Assembly (NCBI GenBank): GCA_035299385.1
Contig: DATGWQ010000076.1
Span: forward strand, 28,267-92,266
Source of the DNA: Bacteroidales bacterium
GTDB lineage: Bacteria > Bacteroidota > Bacteroidia > Bacteroidales > VadinHA17
Reading direction: 5' to 3'
DNA length: 64,000 bases
Part shown: positions 55,146 to 64,000 of the stretch, one piece after another
Layout of the letters: each line of letters starts with the position of its first letter
Position numbering within the stretch: the first letter of the stretch is position 1
The notes under the pieces: generated by a model
What the model was told of the DNA's origin: nothing
The model's input: the letters and a program-made list of their open reading frames with translations, nothing else
Database searches by the model: none
Translations under genes and position numbers: made by a program

Positions 55146-57089
55146 ATGAACAACAGATACATCATAGTATTTCTTATGTTTTGTGCCTGTTGTCGACTGT
55201 ATTCCCAGGAAAAGAAAACAATACACGATTCCACTATTATCGTTCGCGATTCAGTTATTTACAATTCTGTCGACTCGGCTTCGAGCAGCGTTGTTGATTC
55301 CAGTAAATACAAGGCTCTCCAGTCGTTAACCGAAAGATCTGCCTTCGCAGCTTTCCTGCATCGTGCGATCTTCAGACCTCTCGGCAGGGGAGCTCCGCCG
55401 CCACTTTATGAGGGACAAAAACTCGAATCGGCTTTCCATTCGGCAGCGCAGGGGAAAATCATAAGAAAAATCAGCATTATTACCCTCGATCCGTTCGGCA
55501 ACAACATAAGAGATACTTCAGAGCATCCTCATACACTTCTTTTTAAAACAGGTAACTGGGTCCACACAAAGACAAACATCGGGGTTATCAAAAACCTGCT
55601 GCTATTGAGGGAAAACCAGGTCTATGATTCGTTGATGGCGAAGGAATCAGAAAGGCTGCTGAGATCACACGATTTCATACGCGACATCTATCTTTCAGTC
55701 ATTGGCTCGACTGCAGATTCAGTGGATCTTGAACTTCGTGCAGTCGATGTCTGGAGCCTTCTTCCTTTCCTGTCGAGAAAAAGCACTGAAACGGGAATCG
55801 GCTTTTCCGATCTGAATTTTGCAGGTACCGGAAGCAGGCTTGAAATTACAGGCTGGTGGAAAAAGTACGGAGGAGGGAATATCACGCACGTGAGCTACCT
55901 TCTGCCAAATTTCCGCAACAGCTATATAAGCCTCAATGTGCAATTCCTTTTCGCGCCCGGCGGCAATTTGCTTGACCTGAGAGAGTTCGGGCATTACTAT
56001 TATTCCCCGGTCAGCTCAAATCCCCAGTACATGTTCCCGAGAAACAATAATATAGTAAGAAGCGTCGAAATCAACAGGCCCTTCTATTCACCCGTGGCAA
56101 GATGGGCAGGCGGCATATTTTACGGCCAGATAATGACAACCCAGAACTGGATCTCTTCCGATACCCTTCGCTACCTCTCTGCAAGAACAAACATACAGGA
56201 TCTGTGGGGCGGAAGATCGTGGCAGATCGGTCGTGAAAAGCCGACAGGAAGGATTACAAGCTTTGTGCTTTCCGGAAGGTTTGTCAGGACTTATACGCCA
56301 AACAGGTCTGCTGAGATAATCAGTGCCCGGCTCTTTCCCACTCATACGTATTTCTTCGGCTCTGTAAGCTTAAGCTCGAGAAAGTACTACCGCGACAAGT
56401 ATATTTTTAATTATGGTAAAATAGAGGATGTCCCGTCAGGAAGAATTGCCGGAATCACATTTGGTGAAGATTTCCAGCAAAGAAGCAGGCTTTATATCGG
56501 GCTTTACGCAGGCATTGGAAATTATTACAGGTTTGGCTACCTGAGCACATTCCTGTCATACGGAACCTTCAAAAATTCAACCGACGGTTTCCAGCAGGGC
56601 ATTCTGACCGGAAGGATAACATACTTCACCCCCCTTCTGAGTATCGGGGACTGGCGTATAAGGCAGTTTGTACGGCCTACATTTGTTTTTGGCATAAACA
56701 AATCACCGGCCGATAATCAGCCGCTGAATGTCGGTATTAAGGGTTTTGAAGCTGTCGAATCGAGAGCATCATCAGTTTCAATTATTTCATTACAGACGCA
56801 GACGTACGCACCATGGGACATCGCCGGTTTCCATTTCGGCCCATATATCTTCACCCACATCGGCCTTCTTGGTGAGCCCGGGCGACCGCAGGGAAGGCTT
56901 TATTCATTGGTTGGCCTGGGCGTGCTTATCAAAAACGATTACCTTATGTTCAGCACATTCCAGCTCTCTCTTTCATTTTATCCCTATCTTCCTGTGAACC
57001 GGCATAACATATTTAAAACAAACGCTTACAAGACAAGCGATTACGGATTCAAAGATTTCGAAGTTACAAAACCGGGGATAGTGGAATAA
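55146..57089 (+). CDS. outer-membrane beta-barrel protein, Omp85/BamA-like (POTRA-like segment plus barrel)
   Basis: Signal peptide. A POTRA-like segment (KIIRKISIITLDPFG...VIKNLLLLRENQVYDSLMAKESERLLRSHDFIRDIYLSV...VDLELRAVDVWSL). The C-terminal half is rich in alternating aromatic beta-strand patterns. Confidence 0.55.
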   Translation: MNNRYIIVFLMFCACCRLYSQEKKTIHDSTIIVRDSVIYNSVDSASSSVVDSSKYKALQSLTERSAFAAFLHRAIFRPLGRGAPPPLYEGQKLESAFHSAAQGKIIRKISIITLDPFGNNIRDTSEHPHTLLFKTGNWVHTKTNIGVIKNLLLLRENQVYDSLMAKESERLLRSHDFIRDIYLSVIGSTADSVDLELRAVDVWSLLPFLSRKSTETGIGFSDLNFAGTGSRLEITGWWKKYGGGNITHVSYLLPNFRNSYISLNVQFLFAPGGNLLDLREFGHYYYSPVSSNPQYMFPRNNNIVRSVEINRPFYSPVARWAGGIFYGQIMTTQNWISSDTLRYLSARTNIQDLWGGRSWQIGREKPTGRITSFVLSGRFVRTYTPNRSAEIISARLFPTHTYFFGSVSLSSRKYYRDKYIFNYGKIEDVPSGRIAGITFGEDFQQRSRLYIGLYAGIGNYYRFGYLSTFLSYGTFKNSTDGFQQGILTGRITYFTPLLSIGDWRIRQFVRPTFVFGINKSPADNQPLNVGIKGFEAVESRASSVSIISLQTQTYAPWDIAGFHFGPYIFTHIGLLGEPGRPQGRLYSLVGLGVLIKNDYLMFSTFQLSLSFYPYLPVNRHNIFKTNAYKTSDYGFKDFEVTKPGIVE

Positions 57090-57192
57090 TTTCTTAACCT
57101 AAGGGGAGGGCAGAGTGGGGTTCGAGAGGTGTAGATCTTCTAACTTTTTCTTGTCCATTTTTGTTATTGAAACGGAAACATAATCTGAAAGC

Positions 57193-58125
57193 ATGTTTAT
57201 CGACTATTATAAAATTCTGGGTGTCGACAGGACAGCGTCACAAAAAGATATAAAAGCGGCATACCGCAAGCTCGCCAGGAAATATCATCCTGATCTGAAC
57301 CCAAATGACAAGGATGCAAAAAAGAACTTTCAGCAGGTGAATGAAGCCCATGAAGTTCTGAGTGACCCTGAAAAGCGTAAAAAGTATGACCAGTATGGTG
57401 AGGAATGGAAGCATGCCGAAGAATATGAGAAAGCCGGACAACAATATGCCCGTTCCGGCAACCGGCAGGAATACGGTCAGCAATATGGCGGAAGGCGTTC
57501 GACCTTCACCGATGAGGATGAAGGCTTTTCCGATTTCTTTGAATCACTTTTCGGCAATATGGGAGGAAGAAGATCACGTGGCGGCAGAAAAATGCAGTTC
57601 AGGGGAGAAGACTACACTGCCGAGCTCACACTTACCCTGAAGGACGTTTATCAGACACATAAGAGGGAACTCAATGTGAATGGAAAGAAGATCAGGATAA
57701 CCATACCGGCCGGAATTAATAATGCCCAGACAATAAAAATTGCAGGCCATGGTGGCACAGGTACCAATGGCGGGCCAAACGGTGACCTGTACATTAAATT
57801 CAATGTCGGGAACGACCCCGGGTTCAAGAGGCTGAATGACGACCTTTACACAACTACCGGCATTGATCTCTACACAGCCGTGCTTGGCGGGGAGGCTGTC
57901 GTCGATACATTTGACGGGAAAGCCAGGCTGAAAGTTCAGCCCGGAACTCAGAACGGCACCAAAATAAAACTTAAAGGAAAGGGATTTCCTGTCTATAAAA
58001 AAGAAGGACAATTCGGTGACCTCTACATAACGTATAATGTAAGGATACCATCTGTCCTGTCGCAGAAAGAAAAAGACCTGTTCAAAGAGCTTGCAGATTT
58101 AAACGCAAAAAAGACAGCCGGATGA
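57193..58125 (+). CDS. cbpA: J-domain co-chaperone, CbpA-type (no zinc finger)
   Basis: [34 protein letters not shown]...[13 protein letters not shown], a G/F-like region, a DnaJ C-terminal domain, and no CxxCxGxG repeats. Confidence 0.85.
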   Translation: MFIDYYKILGVDRTASQKDIKAAYRKLARKYHPDLNPNDKDAKKNFQQVNEAHEVLSDPEKRKKYDQYGEEWKHAEEYEKAGQQYARSGNRQEYGQQYGGRRSTFTDEDEGFSDFFESLFGNMGGRRSRGGRKMQFRGEDYTAELTLTLKDVYQTHKRELNVNGKKIRITIPAGINNAQTIKIAGHGGTGTNGGPNGDLYIKFNVGNDPGFKRLNDDLYTTTGIDLYTAVLGGEAVVDTFDGKARLKVQPGTQNGTKIKLKGKGFPVYKKEGQFGDLYITYNVRIPSVLSQKEKDLFKELADLNAKKTAG

Positions 58126-58436
58126 AAAGTGAGGATCTTGTAACGGCTTCCGAATTCTGTTCAGTAAATAATATAGAACTGACTTTTCTTTACAGCCTGG
58201 AGGAATACGGAATTATCGAACTTGAAAGAAGGGATCAGGTGATCTGCATCCCTGCAAGGCAGCTTGCCGAACTGGAGAAGATCATAAGGCTGCACTTTGA
58301 CCTCGACATAAATCTTGAAGGTATCGGTCCTGTCATAGATCTGCTCAGGAAATTCGAAGCAATGCAGGAAGAAATAACCGACCTCCGCAACCGGCTTCGT
58401 TTTTATGAGGAAATTGGTGTTAATACAGAATTTTAA
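58122..58436 (+). CDS. cbpM: chaperone modulatory protein CbpM-like (MerR-type HTH)
   Basis: 104 aa, 4-nt overlap with cbpA, typical gene pairing. Confidence 0.65.
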   Translation: MKSEDLVTASEFCSVNNIELTFLYSLEEYGIIELERRDQVICIPARQLAELEKIIRLHFDLDINLEGIGPVIDLLRKFEAMQEEITDLRNRLRFYEEIGVNTEF

Positions 58437-58471
58437 CCCTTTGTATGTTCTTGATTATATGTTATTTATAA

Positions 58472-58539
58472 GTTAACTCCATCTTAATTTCATCTTAATT
58501 CATACTTAATGTCTTCCCTTCTTATTTAGCATATTTTTG
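58472..58539 (+). promoter_or_regulatory. 11-bp-phased TTAA array, copy Z (upstream of AraC paralog 3 and mscS)
   Basis: GTTAAC 58472, CTTAAT 58483, CTTAAT 58494, CTTAAT 58505, then 21 nt to TATTTTTG (58532-58539). Confidence 0.55.
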
Positions 58540-58596
58540 GAAGTACTAATCAGAAAACCACTCTCACTGATTCAGGAATAATATAAAGGAAGAAGT

Positions 58597-59169
58597 ATGA
58601 AAATATCAGTTAAAAACATGGTTTCCACACGTTGTATTCTGATGGTGAAGGCAGAACTCGAAAGCCTGAAAATTCCGTACGAATCTGTGGAGCTTGGAGA
58701 GATCGAAACCGCTGTTAATGTACCTGAAGACAAGGTCAGGCTACTTGATCAGCGCCTCAGGATGATAGGACTCGAGGTGAGGGAAAATAAAAAATATCAG
58801 ATCGTCGAGAAGATCAAGGAAGCAATTGCCGACCTCGTCCACAACACAGATGAACAGATGAAAGTCACTCTTTCAGATTACCTTAGCAGGCGTCTGAATC
58901 ATAACAGCACATACCTTTCAAACCTGTTTTCCGAAATAACCGGAGTATCAATTGAAAAATACTTTATAACAAGGAAGATTGAACATGTGAAGAGGCTGCT
59001 TGTTAATGAAGGGCTCAACCTTAAGGAGATCTCCTACATCACCAATTACAGCAGTGTTGCGCACCTTTCATACCAGTTCAAGAAAATGACTGGTTTTGCG
59101 CCTTCCGAATTCCGTTCCATGCTGAGCAGGAGTGAAATGAAGCTGCAGGAGGCAGCTTACCAGATATAA
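58597..59169 (+). CDS. AraC-family transcriptional regulator with HMA-like N-terminal domain (paralog 3, SxxC)
   Basis: MKISVKNMVSTRCILMVKAELESLKI... plus AraC HTH (LKEISYITNYSSVAHLSYQFKKMTGFAPSEF). Confidence 0.85.
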   Translation: MKISVKNMVSTRCILMVKAELESLKIPYESVELGEIETAVNVPEDKVRLLDQRLRMIGLEVRENKKYQIVEKIKEAIADLVHNTDEQMKVTLSDYLSRRLNHNSTYLSNLFSEITGVSIEKYFITRKIEHVKRLLVNEGLNLKEISYITNYSSVAHLSYQFKKMTGFAPSEFRSMLSRSEMKLQEAAYQI

Positions 59170-59181
59170 CCGCGTAAACGG

Positions 59182-60231
59182 ATGAAAGATTATTTCAGAA
59201 GCGAAACGCTTGATCTTCTCCTGCGAACTGTTCTGCTTGCTGCAATTCTTGTAGTTGTATCATTCATATATTTCAGGCTCTTCGCATGGGCACGCAGGAA
59301 AGTTTTGAAAACAGAATCCACGTTTGATGATTATGCTGTCAATCTTTTCAGGTCTCCCCTGCTGCTGCTTCTTTACTGGTTTTTCCTCTTCCCCTTCATC
59401 AGCCTGTACAGGAATTTCGCTGTACACGGAGCCCTTCTGAAGATCAGCAGCCTTTTGCTGATCTTCACGCTGGCATGGCTGGCAATTCAGTTCATTTCTG
59501 CAGGAGCATATTACATCCAGACAAGATTCGATGCCGGGGGTACGACCAGCATAAAAGCAAGGAAAAACCTGACACAGGTGAAGGTTTTCAGGGCAATTGC
59601 CGTCACCATAATAGTGATTATTGCCATTGGAGCCGGACTGATGACCTTTGAGCAGGCACGAAAAGTAGGTGTGAGCGTGCTGACATCAGCCGGGATCATA
59701 GGAGTCATTGTCGGCATTGCGGCCCAGAAAAGCCTTGGTATGATCCTGGCCGGCATTCAGCTTGCGATCACACAACCGATAAGGATCGACGACACCGTTA
59801 TACTTGAAGGAGAGTTCGGGATTATTGAAGAGATACAGCTCACATATGTCATCGTGCGTATCTGGGATGAGAGGCGCATGATTGTGCCTGTGACATATTT
59901 CCTGGAGAAACCATTTCAAAACCTGACAAGAACGACATCGGGCACTACAGGAACCATTTCCCTTTATGTTGATTACGGCTTTCCCGTGGACAGCATCCGG
60001 AAAGTTCTTCCCGGTCTCCTCGGCAATAATACAAACTGGGATGGAAGGACTGCAAACATCGAGGTAAGCGACAGCACCGGAAATTATAAGGAAATAAGGA
60101 TAGTACTCAGCAGTTCGGATTCCGGGAAAAACTGGAATCTTCGCACTGCAATTCGTGAAAAGCTTATTGATTTTATAAATGCAAATTACCCCGATGCTTT
60201 TGCCAGGATAAGAATAAAAACAGTTCAGTGA
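59182..60231 (+). CDS. mechanosensitive ion channel (MscS family)
   Basis: TM segments then GIIGVIVGIAAQKSLGMILAGIQLAITQPIRIDDTVILEGEFGIIEEIQLTYVIVRIWDERRMIVP. Confidence 0.9.
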   Translation: MKDYFRSETLDLLLRTVLLAAILVVVSFIYFRLFAWARRKVLKTESTFDDYAVNLFRSPLLLLLYWFFLFPFISLYRNFAVHGALLKISSLLLIFTLAWLAIQFISAGAYYIQTRFDAGGTTSIKARKNLTQVKVFRAIAVTIIVIIAIGAGLMTFEQARKVGVSVLTSAGIIGVIVGIAAQKSLGMILAGIQLAITQPIRIDDTVILEGEFGIIEEIQLTYVIVRIWDERRMIVPVTYFLEKPFQNLTRTTSGTTGTISLYVDYGFPVDSIRKVLPGLLGNNTNWDGRTANIEVSDSTGNYKEIRIVLSSSDSGKNWNLRTAIREKLIDFINANYPDAFARIRIKTVQ

Positions 60232-60292
60232 AGTTTACTGTTCATCGTGCCATGAACAGGGAATTGGCATTTTTCATTTTAAAAAGTTCTTT

Positions 60293-60745
60293 ATGAAAAA
60301 AATAGGTATTTCAGCAGATCACGGAGGATACGCAATGAAAGAATTCATTGCCGGAGAGCTGAGGAAGAATGGATACAGTGTCGAGGATTTCGGCAATGAC
60401 CTTTATGATAAAAATGACGATTTTCCTGATTTCGTGGTGCCCATGGCCCGGGCACTTTCAAGAGGTGATCTTTACAGGGGTATCGCCGTCTGCGGAAGTG
60501 GTGTCGGAGCATGTATAGCTACAAACAAGATACCCGGCGTAAGGGCCTGTTTGATATCCGAGCATTTTTCCGCCCACCAGGGCGTCGAGGACGACAATAT
60601 GAACCTGCTTTGCCTTGGCGGTTGGATAACAGGGAATAAGACATCATGGGAAATTGTAACCACCTTTTTAGCGGCAACATATAAGGGTGAAGAGCGGCAC
60701 AGGAGGAGGCTTTTAAAAATAGAGCAGCTCGAAAAAGGCGCCTGA
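60293..60745 (+). CDS. rpiB: RpiB/LacA/LacB-family sugar-phosphate isomerase (ribose-5-phosphate isomerase B)
   Basis: IGISADHGGYAMKE..., GIAVCGSGVGACIATNKIPGVRA..., NMNLLCLGG. Confidence 0.9.
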   Translation: MKKIGISADHGGYAMKEFIAGELRKNGYSVEDFGNDLYDKNDDFPDFVVPMARALSRGDLYRGIAVCGSGVGACIATNKIPGVRACLISEHFSAHQGVEDDNMNLLCLGGWITGNKTSWEIVTTFLAATYKGEERHRRRLLKIEQLEKGA

Positions 60746-60747
60746 AT

Positions 60748-60815
60748 ATGTGTGATAAATATAAATGATTATCGAAATGTTGTAATGAATAGCTCCTCGG
60801 GGGTATATATTTTTG
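60748..60815 (+). promoter_or_regulatory. three-box promoter element, copy E
   Basis: ATGTGTGA (60748-60755), TATAAA (60760-60765), TGTAAT (60781-60786), then 21 nt to TATTTTTG (60808-60815). Upstream of the HEAT-repeat gene. Confidence 0.55.
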
Positions 60816-60874
60816 CTTGACAATTTTGATTGCTGTCGGCCTTATAAAAATATAATCAAGAGGAGAATTTTATA

Positions 60875-61303
60875 ATGGAACAGGGAAATCGCCTGGAACA
60901 TATCTCAATAATACCCCGCAAAGACAAGCCTTTTTCAGCTTTCAATGAACGTCTGAAGATTGAGTTTGAGAATATCATCTGTGTTGTGGCAGACAAGAGA
61001 GCAGTTCCCTCTCTTATTGAATTACTTGATGATGACGGGCATGAAATAAGATGGATCGCTGCTGAAAGCCTCATCAGGGTTGGGCGGAAGTGCATAATTC
61101 CTATCCTTCAGGAAATAAGGGATGGAAAGCAGTTCCATTACCCCCGGAAGGTGCATTATGTTCTTGAAAGCCTTCTTACCAGGAAGGAAAGAAAGGAACT
61201 CAGCCATCTTCTCGCCAGCCTTGACAGCTATCCTTACATGTCGGAAATAGCGCCGCTCGAAGCCTCTGTGGCTCTCAGGAAAATTTTCGGATCAGGCTTC
61301 TGA
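60875..61303 (+). CDS. HEAT-repeat protein
   Basis: AVPSLIELLDDDGHEIRWIAAESLIRVG is a HEAT/PBS-lyase-like repeat. Confidence 0.6.
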   Translation: MEQGNRLEHISIIPRKDKPFSAFNERLKIEFENIICVVADKRAVPSLIELLDDDGHEIRWIAAESLIRVGRKCIIPILQEIRDGKQFHYPRKVHYVLESLLTRKERKELSHLLASLDSYPYMSEIAPLEASVALRKIFGSGF

Positions 61304-61409
61304 TTGAAAATTGCAACATTTCGCATTAATGTTGTAATAATTCCGTTACAAAATCATCCGATTTTTAATACACCAATTTTACATTTATTAATATTTTAAA
61401 TATTAGCAA

Positions 61410-61715
61410 ATGAAATCAACGAAAACACACCAGAGAACGAGGGAAAGGGAAGATGATGACCTTCCGGGATACCCCGAGTATGCGCGTGAGAACGACATCT
61501 ATGCAAATGCCGAGCAGGAGGAAGAGATAGATCCGGAAAACATACACAGCCGTAAGAAAGCGGTTGCTGCATACAGGAACCGTCGCGATGAGGAGGATGA
61601 CCTCGATATTCCCGGGTCAGAATCCGATGACGAGCAGGAAGAGATAGGTTCGGAAGACGAGGAAAATAATTTTTACAGCCTTAGCGATAACGATGACCTT
61701 GAGGATCTCATATGA
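61410..61715 (+). CDS. highly acidic hypothetical protein
   Basis: 101 aa, D/E-rich (DLPGYPEY..., DLDIPGSESDDEQEEIGSEDEENNFY). Function unknown. Confidence 0.5.
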   Translation: MKSTKTHQRTREREDDDLPGYPEYARENDIYANAEQEEEIDPENIHSRKKAVAAYRNRRDEEDDLDIPGSESDDEQEEIGSEDEENNFYSLSDNDDLEDLI

Positions 61716-62229
61716 CGCGGTATCGTGTTATCAGTGTACCTTCTTCATTTACCTGTTTAAAATCAATAAGATGCAGCTTCACATCAAGTTCTTCAGGATG
61801 GATCAGGTTCAAGCCGGTGCCGAAAAGGCGCGGTTCGATCGTGAGCCATATTTCATGAATGAGTGAATCTTTAAGAAATGAAGTTGCAATGAGCGGACCA
61901 CCGACAACAGTCATCAGGTCCGCTCCTTTTTTTGCGTTGTCCGAAACCAGTTCAGCAGGAGACATGCTGCTGAATTCAAGCTGTCCGGGCATTTCCTGAC
62001 CCGTGAACTTTTCAGGTTCATGCGTCATTACGATGATCAGCCTCGAAGATGAAGGTGTGATTATGTTCTGCTTCCAGGTATTGCTTCCCATTACCACCAG
62101 CCGTGAGTCGCGCCATACCCTTGCATAATGCTCCTTGTCGCCCTCAGATGACCAGTGCTTCACTTCAGGATCACCTCCCCTGGTGATCTTTCCGTTCAGT
62201 GTCGAAACAAAAACCAGGACTACCTTCAT
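61708..62229 (-). CDS. dihydrofolate-reductase-family protein (RibD C-terminal domain type)
   Basis: MKVVLVFVSTLNGKITRG..., ...VVMGSNTW..., ...LMTVVGGPLIATSFL. Confidence 0.7.
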   Translation of the reverse strand: MKVVLVFVSTLNGKITRGGDPEVKHWSSEGDKEHYARVWRDSRLVVMGSNTWKQNIITPSSSRLIIVMTHEPEKFTGQEMPGQLEFSSMSPAELVSDNAKKGADLMTVVGGPLIATSFLKDSLIHEIWLTIEPRLFGTGLNLIHPEELDVKLHLIDFKQVNEEGTLITRYRVI

Positions 62230-62243
62230 GAGCCGACTGTTTC

Positions 62244-62711
62244 TCAGGCGATCTGCCCGGCGAGATAGTTTTGTACGCCCATCTGATCTATCTGGCTCAG
62301 CTGCGCCTCAAGCCAGTCGGCATGATTTTCCTCATCGAGAATTATCGAATCCAGAAGCTCTTTGGTCCCGCCGTCGAGCAGCTCGGTGGACAGCTTTATT
62401 GCATCATTGTACATCCTGACTGCACTTTCCTCGGCATCAAGATCTTTTTTGAACTGGTCCTCGATGGTGGCGCCTATCGTTATCTTGTTCAGCTCGCTTA
62501 CAATAGGCTTGCCATCAAGATAAAGTATTCTCTTGATCAGCTTTTCAGCATGCTTCATCTCCTCGATCGAACGCTTCTCAATATGCTTGTGAAGCTTCTC
62601 ATACCCCCAGTTATCGCACATTTCTCCATGTACGAAATACTGGTTGACAGCAGTCAGCTCTTCTCTTAACAGTGCATTAAGAGTGTCAATGATTTTTGCG
62701 TTGCCTTTCAT
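62244..62711 (-). CDS. bfr: bacterioferritin
   Basis: MKGNAKIIDTLNALLREELTAVNQYFVHGEMCDNWGYEKL...IEEMKHAEKLIKRILYL. Confidence 0.9.
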   Translation of the reverse strand: MKGNAKIIDTLNALLREELTAVNQYFVHGEMCDNWGYEKLHKHIEKRSIEEMKHAEKLIKRILYLDGKPIVSELNKITIGATIEDQFKKDLDAEESAVRMYNDAIKLSTELLDGGTKELLDSIILDEENHADWLEAQLSQIDQMGVQNYLAGQIA

Positions 62712-62728
62712 AACCGGTGATTTTAAGT

Positions 62729-64000
62729 TTAAATGTTCTTTATCTCGCTAACCAGATTCTGGAGAGTAGATTTCGCATCTCCGAACAGCATCCGGCATTT
62801 GTCATCATAGAAAAGCGGATTTTCAATTGCTGCATATCCTTTACCCATCCCCCGCTTCATAACAATAATGTTCTTTGCCTCGCGTGCCCTTATGATCGGC
62901 ATCCCGTAAATAGGGCTCGATGGATCATCCTCGGCAGCCGGATTGACGACATCGTTAGCACCTATAACCACAACTACGTCCGTATTGGGCATATCAGGAT
63001 TTATTTCATCACTTTCCACAAGCTGCTCATAAGGAACATCGGCTTCAGCGAGCAGCACATTCATATGGCCCGGCATTCTACCTGCTACAGGATGAATGGC
63101 ATACTTTACCTCCACCCCTTTTTCCTCAAGCAGCTTATCGAGCTCATGACAGACATGCTGTGCCTGCGCAACAGCAAGCCCGTAACCAGGCACTATTACA
63201 ACCTTCCTCGAAAAACTGAGCAGCACTGCTGCATCGCTCACAGAGATCTCCTTTATGGATCCCGTCACTGCAGCACCGGCCTGGCCGCCTCCTCCGAAAA
63301 CACCGATAATGACGTTCAGAAGGGAGCGGTTCATCGCCCTGCACATCAGTATGGTCAGGATGGTACCTGCCGATCCGACCAGTATCCCGCCTGTAAGCAT
63401 AGCCTGGTTATTGTAGAGGAAGCCTCCCATTGCTGCTGCCACTCCCGTGAATGAATTAAGGAGCGAAATAACCACCGGCATGTCTGCCCCGCCTATGGGC
63501 ATTACAAAAAGAACTCCGTAAAGGACCGAAACACCGAATAATATATAGACTAAAGCATTAAGTTCCGAAGAGACCTGTACGTCTCTTGTCATTATGAATA
63601 TTATAAATGCTATGACAAAAAAGAGAAGGGCAAGGTTCACGTACTTCATCGATTTTACACGCAAATCGCCAATCCGGCCGTCGAGCTTGCCGAATGCGAT
63701 CATGCTTCCCGCCCATGAGACCGAACCAATGACCAGCGCCAGGAGGATCGCAAGAACATGCCCGTTTGCCATTCCTGATCTTGCAAGCAGCTCCGGATTC
63801 ACATGAGGGAATTCCATCAGTGATATCAGGGCTGCCGCCGCACCGCCCATACCGTTAAAAAATGATACCAGCTGCGGCATTGCTGTCATTTTTACCCTTT
63901 TCGCAATAAACCAGCCTATTGCAGTGCCGATAACGATTGCAAGTGCTATGAGACCCAGGTTTCTTATGGGTTCACCGTCCTTATGATGAAAAAGAAGCGT
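62729..64000 (-). CDS. pntB: NAD(P) transhydrogenase beta subunit, C-terminal ~424 aa (gene continues past the right edge)
   Basis: The frame stays open upstream of the track's Met at 63889 (…LGLIALAIVIGTAIGWFIAKRVKMTAMPQLVSFFNGMGG…), and 62729-64000 is in frame. The C-terminal dIII-like part has ...VIVPGYGLAVAQAQH...GRMPGHMNVLLAEA...VIGANDVVNPAA. Confidence 0.9.
   Translation of the reverse strand, partial: TLLFHHKDGEPIRNLGLIALAIVIGTAIGWFIAKRVKMTAMPQLVSFFNGMGGAAAALISLMEFPHVNPELLARSGMANGHVLAILLALVIGSVSWAGSMIAFGKLDGRIGDLRVKSMKYVNLALLFFVIAFIIFIMTRDVQVSSELNALVYILFGVSVLYGVLFVMPIGGADMPVVISLLNSFTGVAAAMGGFLYNNQAMLTGGILVGSAGTILTILMCRAMNRSLLNVIIGVFGGGGQAGAAVTGSIKEISVSDAAVLLSFSRKVVIVPGYGLAVAQAQHVCHELDKLLEEKGVEVKYAIHPVAGRMPGHMNVLLAEADVPYEQLVESDEINPDMPNTDVVVVIGANDVVNPAAEDDPSSPIYGMPIIRAREAKNIIVMKRGMGKGYAAIENPLFYDDKCRMLFGDAKSTLQNLVSEIKNI

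Noticed and set aside
57129-57163. The cbpA promoter (CATTTTTG at 57156-57163) was checked for a three-box element, because TGTAGA lies at the box 3 position.
   Set aside because: Box 3 matches only 4/6, and there is no box 2 or box 1 at the required offsets. It is treated as an ordinary promoter.
60238-60259. Hairpin CTGTTCAT-CGTGCC-ATGAACAG after mscS resembles the CTGTTCATGAA core of the 20-bp tandem repeat at 2245-2284. A shared operator was considered.
   Set aside because: There are only two loci, the spacing differs (a 6-nt insertion), and the hairpin is adequately explained as a weak terminator after mscS. The link is not supported without genome-wide data.
62717-63454. 245-aa (+) ORF antisense to pntB.
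   Set aside because: It has no recognisable motifs, while the minus frame is an unmistakable PntB sequence continuing to the window edge.
1-64000. Searched for mobile elements, prophage or defence-system genes, rRNA/tRNA and CRISPR arrays.
   Set aside because: No transposase, integrase, recombinase, reverse transcriptase, nuclease/ATPase defence-type gene pair, tRNA-like cloverleaf or short regularly spaced repeats were seen. The EPS locus looks chromosomally integrated, without recognisable boundaries.

Overview
This is a Bacteroidota-type chromosomal segment. The evidence is T9SS type A and type B C-terminal sorting domains, PorP/SprF, a FISUMP lipoprotein and TAnnTTTG-like -7 promoter boxes. 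I saw no rRNA, tRNA, CRISPR array, transposase or integrase.

Layout:
- 1-4.4 kb: small stress or accessory genes (UspA, SLT-like lysozyme, isochorismatase-family hydrolase) and the first of four paralogous regulators that combine an HMA-like N-terminal domain with an AraC HTH.
- 4.5-36.7 kb: a large Wzx/Wzy-dependent exopolysaccharide/capsule locus in two convergent blocks. The plus block holds the WbaP-like initiating transferase, Wza, Wzc, a carrier-protein/adenylation/amidotransferase module and an acetyltransferase. The minus block holds Wzx, Wzy, five GT4 genes, CapA, a deacetylase, an ATP-grasp, a GT4-CapK fusion, a bi-domain oxidoreductase, WecB, WecG and a VOC protein. A FISUMP lipoprotein gene and a bidirectional terminator separate the blocks.
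- 36.8-42 kb: two paralogous T9SS-secreted beta-helix proteins and a DUF218/CBM-like protein.
- 42-48.1 kb: a T9SS type B cargo trio (CHU_C adhesin, PorP/SprF, OmpA-family).
- 48.4-64 kb: a stress/homeostasis island with SOD, an OmpR-type regulator, a REC plus REC-histidine-kinase pair, two more HMA-AraC regulators, small membrane stress proteins, an Omp85-like protein, CbpA/CbpM, MscS, RpiB, Bfr and PntB (partial).

The most interesting signal is not a gene. Two families of promoter-proximal DNA elements recur in exact register with a -7 box:
- A three-box element (ATGTGTGA, then TrTAA, then TrTAAy 21 bp later), in nine copies.
- An array of four nTTAAn boxes at exact 11-bp phasing, in five copies.

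Both sit next to the HMA-AraC paralogs, the EPS export operon, sod and stress-type genes, which suggests an undescribed regulon. The EPS locus also carries an unusual Dlt-like carrier-protein module and an amino-acid-ligation gene set. All calls come from reading the sequence and the ORF translations by eye. No database search was run.
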